Source: Callorhinchus milii
Taxonomy: Eukaryota
NCBI RefSeq assembly: GCF_018977255.1
Contig: NW_024704742.1
Location: forward strand, 134,852,001-134,916,000
Length of the DNA stretch: 64,000 nucleotides
Direction of reading: 5' to 3'
The position numbers were made by a program, and so were the translations under genes. Below are positions 1 to 12,000 of the stretch, piece by piece (position 1 is the first letter of the stretch; each line of letters starts with the position of its first letter). The notes below the pieces were generated by a model, which saw only the letters and a program-made list of their open reading frames with translations, was not told the DNA's origin and did no database searches.

Positions 1-326
1 TGAAGTCCTGTAGCTCAGTGGTTAGAGCACTCGCTTTGCAAGCAAGAGACCTGAGTTCAATTCCAGGCAGAGGGTGAAACCTTGGGCAAGTTTCCTTACT
101 CCACACAGAGCCTAATAATAATCCCTCCAAAACCAAAAACAATAATAAATTGGTCATTTTCAATCTACGACTGTTTGTGGGACATTGCTGTGCGCAATTG
201 GCTGCCGCGTCCGCCCACAAATATACAGTCAATACACTTTACAGTGTGTTATGTGAAGCGCTTTGGGACGTCCTCCCGACGTGAAAAGCGCTATATCAAA
301 TGCAAGGATTATTATTATTATTATTA
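1..326 (+). mobile_element. tRNA-Ala-headed SINE (family A), short young subfamily
   Basis: A box TAGCTCAGTGG, B-box-like GAGTTCAATTCC, anticodon arm ctcgc-tTGCaa, Deu-like segment tgtgggacattgctgtgcgcaattggctgcc, and tail ...atcaaatgcaagg(att)n. Confidence 0.9.
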
Positions 327-344
327 AGGTGACATGCTTGGTAA

Positions 345-595
345 TGAAATGTCAGAAGCGAGCCAGCCCTCTGGCGGTTTCTAGTCCAGTCCCTGAGCCA
401 GGCAGATCCGCAGTAATCCAGGGCATTGCTGATGACAGCACAGCCCAGACTGGCTCATCGGCAGGACCTGGAAGGGCAGACCAGTCACTGGGGCCAGGAA
501 GTCATGCTACTCAGCTCCTATTAACCAATCAACCCAAACCCTAACAGGTAGGGTGGTCCTAGCTGGACAAGCAGCTGGAAAGCTTGCCTGACAAT
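345..595 (+). repeat. Unclassified dispersed repeat (family C), 5' part
   Basis: Similar to the reverse complement of 20375-20475 and to 9380-9720 (ggtcctagctggacaagcagc..gaaagcttgcc). Confidence 0.6.
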
Positions 596-989
596 TTTCT
601 GTAAAATCCTATAAAGCAACTTATCTTTTTTTTCTGTTTTTCTTGCGGGTTCCAATGAACAGTAGTGGTCCCAGCAGCTTTTTCCGAACCTTGTTCCATC
701 TCTCTCGCTCTATCTGTGTATATTTTCATTTCTCATATTGCATTCCACCACTGGGCTCCAACATTGCACTCTGGGGAGGCAATATGCATTCGCCCTTGTG
801 TTTCTCTGTGCTATGAGTCCTACGTGCTCCATGCACACTTTTAAGGACCACCTGTTCAAATGATTTTCTGTACATTTCCAATGCTGAATGGGGTAAGCAA
901 GAGAGGAAGACATCTGCATAGGATGAAGCAAATAGTAAACAACAGAATCAGACAACGGGGTGAAATTTGCAGCATTTGATAACAAATAT

Positions 990-1222
990 AATTGCATTTA
1001 TATAGCACCCCTCACGCAGGATAGTGTCCCAGAGCGCTTAACAGTGGCGGAGCATGACTCCAAGCCAGAGGGAGGGGAAGCACAGTCAAAAAGAAAGGTA
1101 TTGAGGCGTGACCTGAAGATGGGGATGGAGGGAGCAAGGTGGAGGAATTGAGGGAGAGTATTCCAGAGTTTCAGAGCGTAGCGGTTGAAAGCACGGCCGC
1201 CGATAGTGGAACGGAGAGTCAC
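990..1222 (-). mobile_element. L2 LINE 3' end (tail type 2)
   Basis: Minus frame reads GGRAF..A.KLWNTLP..L......F.SRL.TFLF, the L2 ORF2 C-terminus, followed by the tail agcgctctgggacactatcctgcgtgagggg. Confidence 0.85.
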
Positions 1223-1349
1223 ACATGATTATTCTGTGCCTTGCACTGTTATGTACTAATAATACAAATAATACAGATAATTATCCCTGCATTTGATAGT
1301 GCCTTTCATGTTGGGAGGACATCACAGAGAGGTTCACAAATTTACTGTA

Positions 1350-1615
1350 GTAAATCTAGTGAAATCAGGAAGCATTTTTTCACTGAATGGGAGGTAGAAA
1401 TCTGGAATTCTCTCCCACAAAAGGCCATGGATCCTAGATCCATCCACACCTTCAAGAGTGATAGATTTTTGGTAGGTCAGTGTATTAAGGAATATGGGGA
1501 GAAAACGAGAAATTGGAATTGAAAGGATTAGTTGAGGTACAGATCAGCCATGATATAATGAAATGGCAGAAGGGCTCGAAGGGCTGAATGGTTTACTCCT
1601 GTTTCTATGTTCCTA
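1350..1615 (+). mobile_element. CR1 LINE 3' fragment
   Basis: Encodes RKHFFT...V.IWNSLP, the CR1 ORF2 C-terminus, and ends gggctgaatgg..tactcctgt..ctatgttcct. Confidence 0.8.
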
Positions 1616-2149
1616 CAACAATAGTGTTTAAAATGTTGAAGGAATCTAAAACACGTTATGTGTTCTAGATTTCTACATACCTATGTTCCTATGTGGTAAG
1701 GCCCTATATAAAATGCAAGGATTAAAGCACAAGGATTATAAGTTCCTAATATTTGTTTGGCCAAAGCGGCCCCCCCACATACACTCCTTATGTCACAATG
1801 ATCAGAATTGTAGGCAGTACTCTAGGTGTTGGCTGATCAGAGCTCAATATAGCTTGAGAATGACGTCTGGGGATTTGAACTCCACTGATTTGATATGTGA
1901 CCTTCTTCCCCCAGCGTGCCACAAATACCATCCGCTCAGGCAGGAGTAATAATTTACTAAAATTCAGGGCTCGGCAGTTCAAAGTTCCAAGCGATGGCTG
2001 AGAACCCAGTGCTTTTGGGCTTGGGCTCTGGGCTCCGCCATGCTGCAGCGGGTTAGAACTGCAGCCCTCGCTCCTCAAACTGCCTCCTTCAGCCGGACTG
2101 GGGCTGCTGAATGATCAAGCTGTGTGAGCCACGGACCCTCCTCCTTATC

Positions 2150-2520
2150 ATTAACCCCCTTCCCTCTCATTCCCCCCCTCTTATTCACCTCCCTTTCTTT
2201 CGGTCACCCCTCCCTCTTATTCCCTCCATTCCCCATCTCCCTCTCATTCCTTCTCTCTCTTTCCCCCCCAGCGCCTTGGGACGTGCACCAGACGTGAAAG
2301 GCGATATACAAATGTAATCTTGTTGTTGTTTTCTTCTCCCCTTTCTCTCAATCTCACCTCCCTCTCATCCCGCCCCCCCCCCCCACCCCCTCTCCCTCTC
2401 ATTGCCCTCTCTTTTATTCCCCCTCTCACTCTCGTTTCCCTCTCTCATTCCCCCCTCTTTTCCCTCCTTCTCTTTTCCCTCCCTCTCATTCCCCCCTCTC
2501 TCTTATTCCCCTCTCATTCC
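2150..2520. repeat. CT-rich low-complexity tract with an embedded L2 tail (about 2270-2330)
   Basis: Degenerate ccctctcattccc units. Confidence 0.8.
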
Positions 2521-2532
2521 ATGAATCACTCA

Positions 2533-2832
2533 TATCAATGGCAAGCTATGTGGTTTTAGGTGGTTGGACTCCAGCAGTTACCCCAACGCACACTCTGGGG
2601 TTTCTCAAACTCCCAAGCCTTGGCTGTTGCCAACCTGTGCCTAATACTTTCGGGAATTAGGTAAGCAGGCTGTGTCCTTCCGGGGAGAGAGCGCACTCCA
2701 TTCCAACAATCTATCTCTGGAATTTCCATGTGTAGATGGGATGCATGGAAATCTCAGCTTGGTTTGCGACTCTTAAGCACGGTGATGGATTTCTGCATGT
2801 GTCAGACACCCGGCTGACCGGAAAAAAAATTT
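2533..2832 (+). repeat. Family C repeat, 3' part with A tail
   Basis: Matches the reverse complement of 20075-20375 and 22450-22582; ends tgtcagacacccggctgacc(A)n. Confidence 0.75.
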
Positions 2833-3202
2833 GTTGAATGGAATGGCCAATTCCCAATGAGAAATCTTCCTGATCGGAGCAAGCCTGTATTTTCTTTTGG
2901 GTCTGCATGAATTTGTACATGACAGAAAGTGGCAGCATGTAAAATAATAAAGGCGAAGCCAGTGATTTATGTGCACTCAAACTGATTTCAGAGCATGACC
3001 AACACTAACCGAATTACTGCAATAAAACAGAAATAACCCATAGGACAGAAATATTTATGAGAAATTATTACACAGATTTAGTTGACAAGGTACATGGTTA
3101 TATTCTGTAATAGAGGCTTGATTAATAAGTGAAGGGGAAAAGTATCTAAGCATTTTATCTACATGTTGACTGTGTTCTTTGTTTTTTTCACTGTTACATG
3201 CA

Positions 3203-3215
3203 AACACACGCACAC

Positions 3216-3248
<33 letters not shown>
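3203..3248. repeat. (CA)n microsatellite
   Basis: Read directly from the sequence. Confidence 0.95.
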
Positions 3249-3249
<1 letters not shown>

Positions 3250-4177
3250 TATCCTCCCTTGGAAGATCAAATTCAAGATTCTCGTCCTCACTTTCAAATG
3301 TCTTCACAGTCTCACTGCACCCTACCTCTGCTGCCACCCTACCTCTGTGGACAATTCATAAATTCGGTCTCAATTTGGAAACCGTTTTCTTGTTAAGAAA
3401 CTATGGAAAATTAAGCGGTGAATTTAAGAATTTTCTCTAATTCAGTGCCATTTTAATAATGATAATAATAATAAATCTTTCCATTTGATATAGCATATCA
3501 TCACGTTGTTGAGATGTCTCACAGCGCTTCACAGAATATACTGTAAAGTGAATTGACTGCATAATTTGTGGGCAAAATGCAGCAGCCAATTGTGCACAGC
3601 AGAGTCCCGCAAACGGTTGTGGATTGAGTGACCCAATTTTTTTTAGTATTTTAAATATTATTACGACAAAATGTTCCGACAGGCTGAGACTAGGTGGAAT
3701 TTGTGATGTCATTTTTGTGATGAATAAAAGCAGTCAGCGACAGAGCTTTTCTTCTCTTTAATTAAACAATCTCACCCACTTGTCAAATGTTATATTCAAT
3801 GGAAGTGACTGCATCGTAAAAACAAAATCAATACTTTTCCAATGCTCCCTTTATTACCTCTGACATATTTTAGGGGGTTAAACTATACAACTTCTATTTC
3901 AGATACTGGGTGCTATCAAATGAACAACATATGTATTGAACTGGGGATAAGTCAGGTTTCTGCTGTTGGTTCACTGTGCAATTCATTGTATCAATGCCGC
4001 AAAATATTGATTTCCTTTTACTTTCCCCGTTACCTTCCACTGAATACACGAACAAAAAAAAATGTTGGTTTCCTGCATTTTTGTATGTTTTTTTGAATGA
4101 ATGCTGCCAAAGTTATTGAAACAAATTGTACTTCATTGGTTTGGTTTACTCTCGTTGGGAGAAACAGGTAAATCTAT

Positions 4178-4545
4178 GATAATAATCCTTCCATTTGCTA
4201 TAGCGCTTTATCTCATCGTCAAAATGTTTCAAAGCGCTTTACAGGATTTACTGTAAAGAATAGCAATTGAGTATTTTCTAGGCAAAGGTGGCAGCAAATT
4301 TGAGCACAGCAGTGTTCCATAAACAGCCACACGCGTGAAGTGAGTGACCAATTTTTGTCTTGGGGTTTGTTGGTCAGAACGCTGGGGAAATTCTCTTCTC
4401 TTTTCGAATCCCCCCATGTGATCTTTAATGTTCCGCTGAACAGACACAGATGGTTTAACATCTCATCCAAAAGATGATACCCCTGGCTGTGCAGCACCCT
4501 TTCAGCATTAAGGGTCAGCCTAGACTTGGAGCTCAAAGTTCTGAC
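4178..4545 (-). mobile_element. Deu-domain SINE (family B)
   Basis: Reverse complement contains the ggatgaga.gttaaac....ctgttcag.gga..ttaaagatc Deu core and the shared tail. Confidence 0.75.
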
Positions 4546-4759
4546 GTCTATATTCTATTGACTTGTTGGGAGAAACTTACACTGTATACCTATTCCTGTG
4601 CATCCTCAGTTGATAGGAGAAAGTGTCAAGACCAGGATCTTGAACTGTGTCCTCTGTGTGATGGGAAGCTAGTGGGGTCGGGCGAGGATGGGGGTGATAG
4701 GGTTACGGAGCCTAGTGAGGAAGTCGACACGAGCTGCAGAGTCCTGGATGATCAACCCC

Positions 4760-5220
4760 TGGATAATAAGGGGTTATTGTTATGAAGACAGACTTGAAAA
4801 GTTGGGACCGTTCACTCAAAGTGAGAAGGTTAAGGAGAGGGGAATCTAACAGAGGTCTTAAAAGTTCTGAACGATTTTCAGATGTTAAATGATGAAAGAT
4901 TATCTCTATTGTTTGGTAAACATGAGGACATTACAACAACAACAAAATTACACTTATAGATCTGGTTTGTCCCTAGAAGAGTTAAGGGAGGAATATTTTT
5001 CACTCAGAGGGTTGTTAGAACATGGAATGATTTGTCACAACTGGTTATTGAAGCTAATAGCATTGAAACAACTTACGTTTATAGAATATCTTGCAGGCAA
5101 TTTGATAAGTATTTGAAGAGAATCCTCATTGAAGGGTATGGGGGAAGGAGCAGGAAGTCGGGATTAGACTCAATTGGGTAAGTGGAGGAGTGAGCACCAG
5201 CATTGTGCTATGATTCCTAT
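4760..5220 (+). mobile_element. Old CR1 3' fragment
   Basis: Degenerate aggttaagg.gggga.ctaa.agaggtct..aa and tttttcactcagagggttgt motifs. Confidence 0.65.
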
Positions 5221-5539
5221 CATCGCAATTATTGAAATTGGAAACAGTTCTTATTTCATTATTCTTTGCCCAAGGGATGTGTTTTCAGATGTGTAGGATG
5301 ATGTTACAATGCAAATCTCTTGTATTAAGAATTATAATCTATAATAATATAATATAATATAATATAATAATAATTTCCCGCCATAATGCCAAAACTTTGC
5401 TAAACTCTTCACGGGCAATTTTTGTTAAGAAACAGTGTCTGTGGATTTGTTTCTACAAACAGTCATGAGGTGAGTGACTGATTTTATCTTGGGGATTGTT
5501 GGCCAGGACACCGGAAGAAACTCTTTTTCAAATAGTATC

Positions 5540-5950
5540 ATAGGATAATAATAATAATCCTTGCATTTGATATAGCGCCTTATCACATCGTTGAGACATC
5601 TCAAAGCGCTTCACTGAATATACAATACAAAAGTACATTTGTACAGGGCCTTTCACATCGGGAGGACGTTCCAAGATGCTGTAAATTGGATTGACTGTGC
5701 ATGTTGTGCGAAAAACACGCCAGTCAATTGCACATAGCGACGTCCCCACAAACAGTTGTGGATTGAGTGACTATTTTTTTTAGGGATTATTATCCCAGAA
5801 ACTGATCCGCCAATTGACTAACAGCCGGGTTTCTACTTGCTGCTAGGTAAATAGAGGCGTTTGGAGTAAGGAGTTTTACTCAACTCAGGAATTGAACCCG
5901 GGTGCTCTCTCTTGCGAGGCAAGCATGCTAACTACTGCGCTACAGGACTC
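5540..5950 (-). mobile_element. Family A SINE, full length, with an L2 tail inserted at about 5625-5680
   Basis: The head (ctacaggactc), body and tail are all recognisable. Confidence 0.85.
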
Positions 5951-8900
5951 TGACACAGGGTCTTTAATACCCACCTGAACAGGCAGACACGATTTCAGAT
6001 TTAACATCACATCCGACGGATGGCACCTCTGACAATGCAGCTCCCCCCACTTCCCACACTCCACACATCCCCAGTGTGGCATCAGCCTAAGTGCCTCTGA
6101 GCTCATGTGAATATCCCGCACAACTGGGGAAAGTTTGGTGTAAGGAGCACTTTCCACTTGTATGGGCTAAACTAAGGAAATGTAAGGATAAAGATTGATT
6201 TATTTTCACCGATATTTGACTATTGGCCACAATTAATCAACTCACTAAAATCTGTGCTCAGTGCTCTTGCTGTTATTAATTGAATAGTCATTGCACCCTT
6301 AAGGCCTAGTCCTAATGCTGCTGTAGCACATACCATCAATGCATTTCCATTAGCTCTTTGGTTCCTGCCTGTAGAACCATGGTGTGATGTTCATCTTCAC
6401 CTCCCAAGTGCACTGTAATTCTCTGGAACAGTACTTAATGCCTGTAATAATATTACATCTCTGTATACTACATGGTCCCTAAGCCAGTTTTTCAATTAAA
6501 GAAGGAGCACTGCTCTATTAACCTTCTGCCTGCTAACCACATTTTTCATGTAAACATTGCACCGAGCTTACGACGGCAGCTTAACTCTTTCACGTCTCCT
6601 ACTGCCACAGGAAAGTTAGCAGAAGAATATGAGAAAACGCTGAATGCGAAAAGGCAGTTTGTTTCTCACTCTATCCACAATCTATGTAATATTCACCCAC
6701 ATCCCCTGTCACAGACTTCACCCACCCGCTCGATCTCCAGTGGGAAATAATAAGTTTAAGAACACGTTCAACTAAATTCAACTACTAATAAAAATAATAA
6801 ACCTTGCATTTGATATAGCACCTTATCACATCGTCGAGATGTCTCAAAGTGCTTCACAGGATCTACTTTAAAGTGGATTGACTAAATTTGGTAATAGTAA
6901 TGATCCTTGCAATTGATATAGCCCCTTATCACGTCATCAAGACGTCTCAAAGCGCTTCACAAGATACATCGTAAAGTGGATTGACTCTGTAATTTGTGGG
7001 CGAAACGCAGCAGCGATTTTGTTCATAGCAATGTCCCACAAACAGCCATGGAGTGAGTGACCAATTTTATTTAAAGGATTATTGGCCAGGATATCAGGAG
7101 AAAACTCCCTTCTGAAGCAAGGGCTTGAGAGGATGAGGGAGCTCACACTGCCTCGCCTCTCACAAAATGGGTAAAAATCACTAATTTTGTCAGGCTCTGT
7201 TTGTTTGCTTAGATCTCAATAGATTGTGTGTGTGGGGTGGGGCGGGGGGGGGGGTTGCGGCGGTCTTCAATACAGTTCTATGATGAGACATTAAACCAAG
7301 GTCCTGTCTGCCTGTTTAGGTGCATGTTAAAGATCCTATGCCACTACTCAAAAAGACAAGGGAGATTTTCATGTTGTCCTGGCCAACAATCCTCCAAATA
7401 TAATTGACTCATTCACTTCATGGCTCCTTGTGAGACATTGTAGTGTACAAATTGGCTGCTGCATTTGCCCCAAAAGCACACAGTCACTGCATTTTACAGA
7501 ATTTCTGTGTAGCACTTTGGGACGTCCTCACGATGTGCTGTACCAAATGTAATGATTATTATCTTGTAATGTAATATTATCTTCTCATATCCACACCTTT
7601 GCCACCTGCTATGTCTCACCTACTTGATAATGTGCTCCCTTCCCAGTACTACATTAGTGTCAGCCTAGAATCTATCTGTTCAAAGTCGCAATGTGGAGAT
7701 TGAAGCTTACAACCTTCTGACTCAGAAACGAGAGTGTTAGCAACTGAGCCAGGCTGACACAAGACACATTTTCTACAAAGTGTAGTGCACGTATATTATG
7801 TGGGCAAACACGGCATCCAATTTGCGCCCAGCAGGGTATATCATGGCCCTGGGATTGAATCGAAAAGAGTGAGGGAATGTAAATTCAATCATAATAATAA
7901 TATTCCTTGCCCAAGGAATCGAACCCGGGTCCTCTCGCTTACAAGGCAAGTACTCTAACCAATACACTGAAAATAAAGAGCTATACAGCAATGTGTAAGA
8001 AAGGCTCCATGACTTGTAAACAATAGTACTGCATTATAGCAGAAGCAGTAAAAAGTGAACTGTTCCCGTTTAACTGAGAAAATCTAAAACAATCGAAATT
8101 CGAAACCTAAAGTGAGACGCAATTGTTTAATCATCGTAAAAGTAACCAAAAAAATCAAAATATAGTAGGGGCCTCATTCACTGATGGAGCAAGTCTTTCT
8201 TCTATGAACCCACAAAGGATATCTCTTAGACATCATTCGCCGAAGCACATTCTTACTTTCACATAGGAAACAATCAATGGATTTTAAAGACATTTTAGTC
8301 AAATAATAGACCAGTTATTCTGCAAAAGTCAGCAATCACCATTTTATGGGTCCGTAAAATAGATTATGATATGAATATTAGTTAAGCTATTTTAAAGAAC
8401 TTTTGTGAATGGTACGTTAAGTGTGTTTGATTAAGAAGTAAAGGCTAAATTCTGCATTGATCTTTCCCATAGACTTGTGCATTTTGCAGTTACGCTTTTG
8501 AACTGCTGACAACTCAAAAAAAGAGAAAAATGCATTAAAGTCACAGAGGAAACATACCTGCTGATTGTTAAAGCAAGTGGAATATATAGGCAATTTGCTA
8601 TTTCCTTTCCCCTCGTTTTAGAGTGGATTCTGGAAAGCTGATTTTTCTCTAGAGAGGACACAGGAAGTGACAGTAAATATAATGGCATTTGGGTCTTTCT
8701 CTGCTAAAGTCTGCATGTTTTTTTCCCCTCGACATTTTCCCATCGATGCGCAACATCCACCAGTCACTCGTAGAACGCAGGCTCAATGAGGCAAGGCTCA
8801 GGAAATGTCCATTTTCTGATATGTGTCTTAAGTCTTAATGTAAATGCCAGCTTTTCTGCAGTTTGTGAAAAGAAACCAGCTTTGAAATGCAGACGGTATT

Positions 8901-9379
8901 TAAGAATTTTCCACGATTCTCTTAAGATTTTAAGATAAAGAGGCCTTCAGACTACATCTAGGTGGAATTTCAGGTCTCAGCGGAGGACTAATATTTGAGT
9001 TGTTGTTGCATGTGGTGACTTTGATGGCTCGGGATTTTTGGGAAAACCAGCCCAATGCTGGGGATGGAGCTGCATTGTCAGATTACATTGGAGCTGGATT
9101 ACCCTGACTGTCCAGCACCTTGGGAACGTCCTCCCGTTGTGAAAGGCACAATACAAATGAAATTTTGTATTGTATTGTATTGCCATCCTTCGGGTAAGAC
9201 TGAGATCCTGTCTGCCTTTTCAGGTGGTCATTAAAGGTCCCGGTGTCCTGGCCAAAAATCCCTCAAATAGACATTAGTGACTGACTTCACAGCTGTTTGT
9301 GGGACATTAACATGTTCAAAATTTACTTCTGAGTTCGCCCACAAAAATACACACAGGTCTAAAAATATACAGAGGTTAA

Positions 9380-9965
9380 CCCTCTGCAATGATCTCTTGT
9401 CTGGTCTCTACGCCAGGCGGTCTGCAGTACCCCAGGGTCACGACCAAAGCGCTCTGGGATGCTACTCTGTGTCAGCGGTGCTATCTAAATGCAAGTTGTT
9501 GTTGTTGTTGACCAACCAGCCTGACTCATTGGTAGGACTTGGAGGTGTAGACTGGTGAATAGGCAGGGATTCTTCCCCTTCACTCTTATTAAACCTGTAA
9601 GCGCTCTGAGACGCTACCCTGCGTGGAGGGTGCTATATCTGCGCAAGTTGTTGTTGTAAACCAAAGCCCTAATGGGTTGGGTGGACCTAGCTGAGAAGCA
9701 ATAGGAATCTTTTCAGACAGTGTTCTTAATAGCAAGCTCAGCGATTAAACTCCAACAACACCCCAACCTACGCTCTGTCTCACTGCATTTGATCTCTGGA
9801 ATTTAGTAAGCAGGTTGTATCCATCCAGGGAGATAATACGCATTCCCTGTCAGACACAGAAAAATCTCCAGATACAGTTGCATACATGTGTTGAACTCTC
9901 AGTCTGATTTGGATATTAAGCACAGTGATGTGTTAGAACAAACGGACTGACCCAAAACAAAATGC
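9380..9965 (+). repeat. Diverged family C copy with two short L2-tail insertions (about 9447-9510 and 9600-9657)
   Basis: Colinear similarity to 345-595 plus 2533-2832. The second insert is flanked by tgtaa on both sides, a possible target-site duplication. Confidence 0.55.
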
Positions 9966-11454
9966 TTTGAAGTGTCCTCGTGACGTGCAAGGCTAAGTAG
10001 AAGTCAATTATTGTTGCTTCATATCCCTTAATTAGTTTCTTTGTCAAAAAGCTGTCTTGGCTTTTCTGACACAATTAGCCTCCATCGGCTCCTCAGCAAG
10101 TCATTCCAACCACTCACTGCCCTCTGCAGAAAGTAATCAGTTTTGGTCCATGTTATATTTTTTTTATCCCGAGGCTAATTAATGACTGGAATAGGCTATC
10201 AGGAAGATATCTGGCCAATAATTCCCCTTAATAAAATTGATCATTTGCTCCATGGCTGTTTGTGGGACAATTGGGTTGCCTCGTTCACCCACAAATACAG
10301 TCACTTGAGATTACAATATATCCTGTGAAGTCCTTCGGGACATCCCCCTGATGTGAAAGGCATTATACCAAATGCAAGAATTATTATTATTTTAAAAATA
10401 GCTTCTTGCTTTGATCGGAAAACAGTAGAGTGGATATTCTGGAAAGGTTAATAATAATCCTTACAATGGTTGCATTCGATAAAGCATCTTATTACTTCAT
10501 CAAAACCGTTCAAAGCACTCCACAGGATTCGCTGTAGAGTTTAGCAACTGTATTTTGTAGGCGAACGAGGCAGGCAATTTGCACGCGGACAATGGCTCAC
10601 AAACAGCCATGAAGTGAATCAGATGAAATGGGCCGAAGGGCCTTCTTTATCGGAACCTCTCTTGTGTTCTTGTGATCCCTTTGTTCTAGATCTGACCAAA
10701 TTGAATGAACCATTTTGTATGTGGAGCTGCCTTGCAGTAAACCTAATGAAGTGGAATGAACTTATTGAACCACGGTCAAGTAGCGACAGTGTCACTCAAG
10801 GCAGTTTTCCACACCAAAGACCTGAAATTCCTGAGGATTTTAGACTTAAGAACATTGCCTCAAAACATGTGGACATTTAGAAAACAGTCTTGAAATCACT
10901 TTAAATTTAGAAAATGATTTTACACAGTCCTGTATAGGTACAGTAGTGAATTTAGGAATCTTCCAGAATTCTGTACCACCTTAAATCTTAAGCAAAATTC
11001 TCAAGGAAAAAATACATGATATATTTTGGGCAATTATTTTTGGGAGGATTGTTGAACAGAACATCAGGAGAAACTCCCTTCTCTTTTCTAACATTGCTGA
11101 GGGATAATTGATATTCACCTGAACAGGCAGATAGGACCTTGGTTTAACGTCTCATTCGAAGCACTTCACTGGAGTGTCAGCCAAGCCATCAACGTGAGCT
11201 CAAAATCTCAAGAGTTCCATCTACCTGTGCAGGTGGACGGTTAATGTCCCATGGCGCTAATCAAAAGGAGAAAGGAGTTTCTATCTCCAGATGTGGGTAA
11301 CAATCCCCCGAATAAAAATTCGGTCATTCACTCCATGGTTATTTGTGGGGCATTGCTATGTAAAAATTGCCTGCCGCATTCATCCACAAATCACAGTTAC
11401 TCCACTACTTTACAGTAATATCCAGAAAGCTTTGGGCTGTCCTCCCGACGTGAA

Positions 11455-12000
11455 ACAACAACAACAAAATAACATTTGTAAAGCGCCTTTCACGTCAGGA
11501 GGACGTCCCAAGGTGCTGGACAGACATAGTTACGGACCCGAGTTGGAGGTGAGGGAGGGTGGAGGGCAGCGGGGGAAGCAGGGAGATCGACAGCCTGGTC
11601 GAATAGGAGGGTCTTGAGGTGGGTCTTGAAGGTGCCGAGGGAGGGGATGAGGCGGAGGGACTGTGGGATGGAGTTCCAGAGGATGGGGGCAGGATAGCGG
11701 AAATCCTGCCCACCAATAGTGGGGCGAGCCAGGCGGGGAACGTGAAGCAGGCCGGAGCCCACTAAGTGGAGGAAGTGAACAGGATGGTAGGGGGTTAGGA
11801 GGTCGGAGAGGTAGGAGGGAGCAAGATCGTAGAGGGAGACGTTGCGGAAGTGGAGGAATGCAAAGCGGGTCATGGTGCAGATGTGGGGTAGAAAGGATAG
11901 TTGAGGGTCAAACAAGACAAACCAAGGTTCTGGACTGGAGTGGAGTGGGCAACCATGCATCCATGGTAATGCTGTCAGCATCTGAGGTGAGGAGGCATCA
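11455..12000 (-). mobile_element. L2 LINE 3' fragment (tail type 1)
   Basis: LAPSYLSDLLTPY.P...L....GLLHVP......IGG..F...AP.LWNSIP..LR......FKTHLKTLLF, followed by the tail ttgggacgtcctcctgacgtgaaaggcgct...(ttg)n. Confidence 0.9.

Noticed and set aside
82..327. Recurring peptides such as YIKCKDYYY, NARIIII and MQGLLLL in many short ORFs
   Set aside because: They are translations of the SINE tail in three frames, not a gene family.
8431..8688. Minus-strand ORF with a donor-like CAGGTATGT
   Set aside because: The peptide is unrecognisable and has no partner exons.
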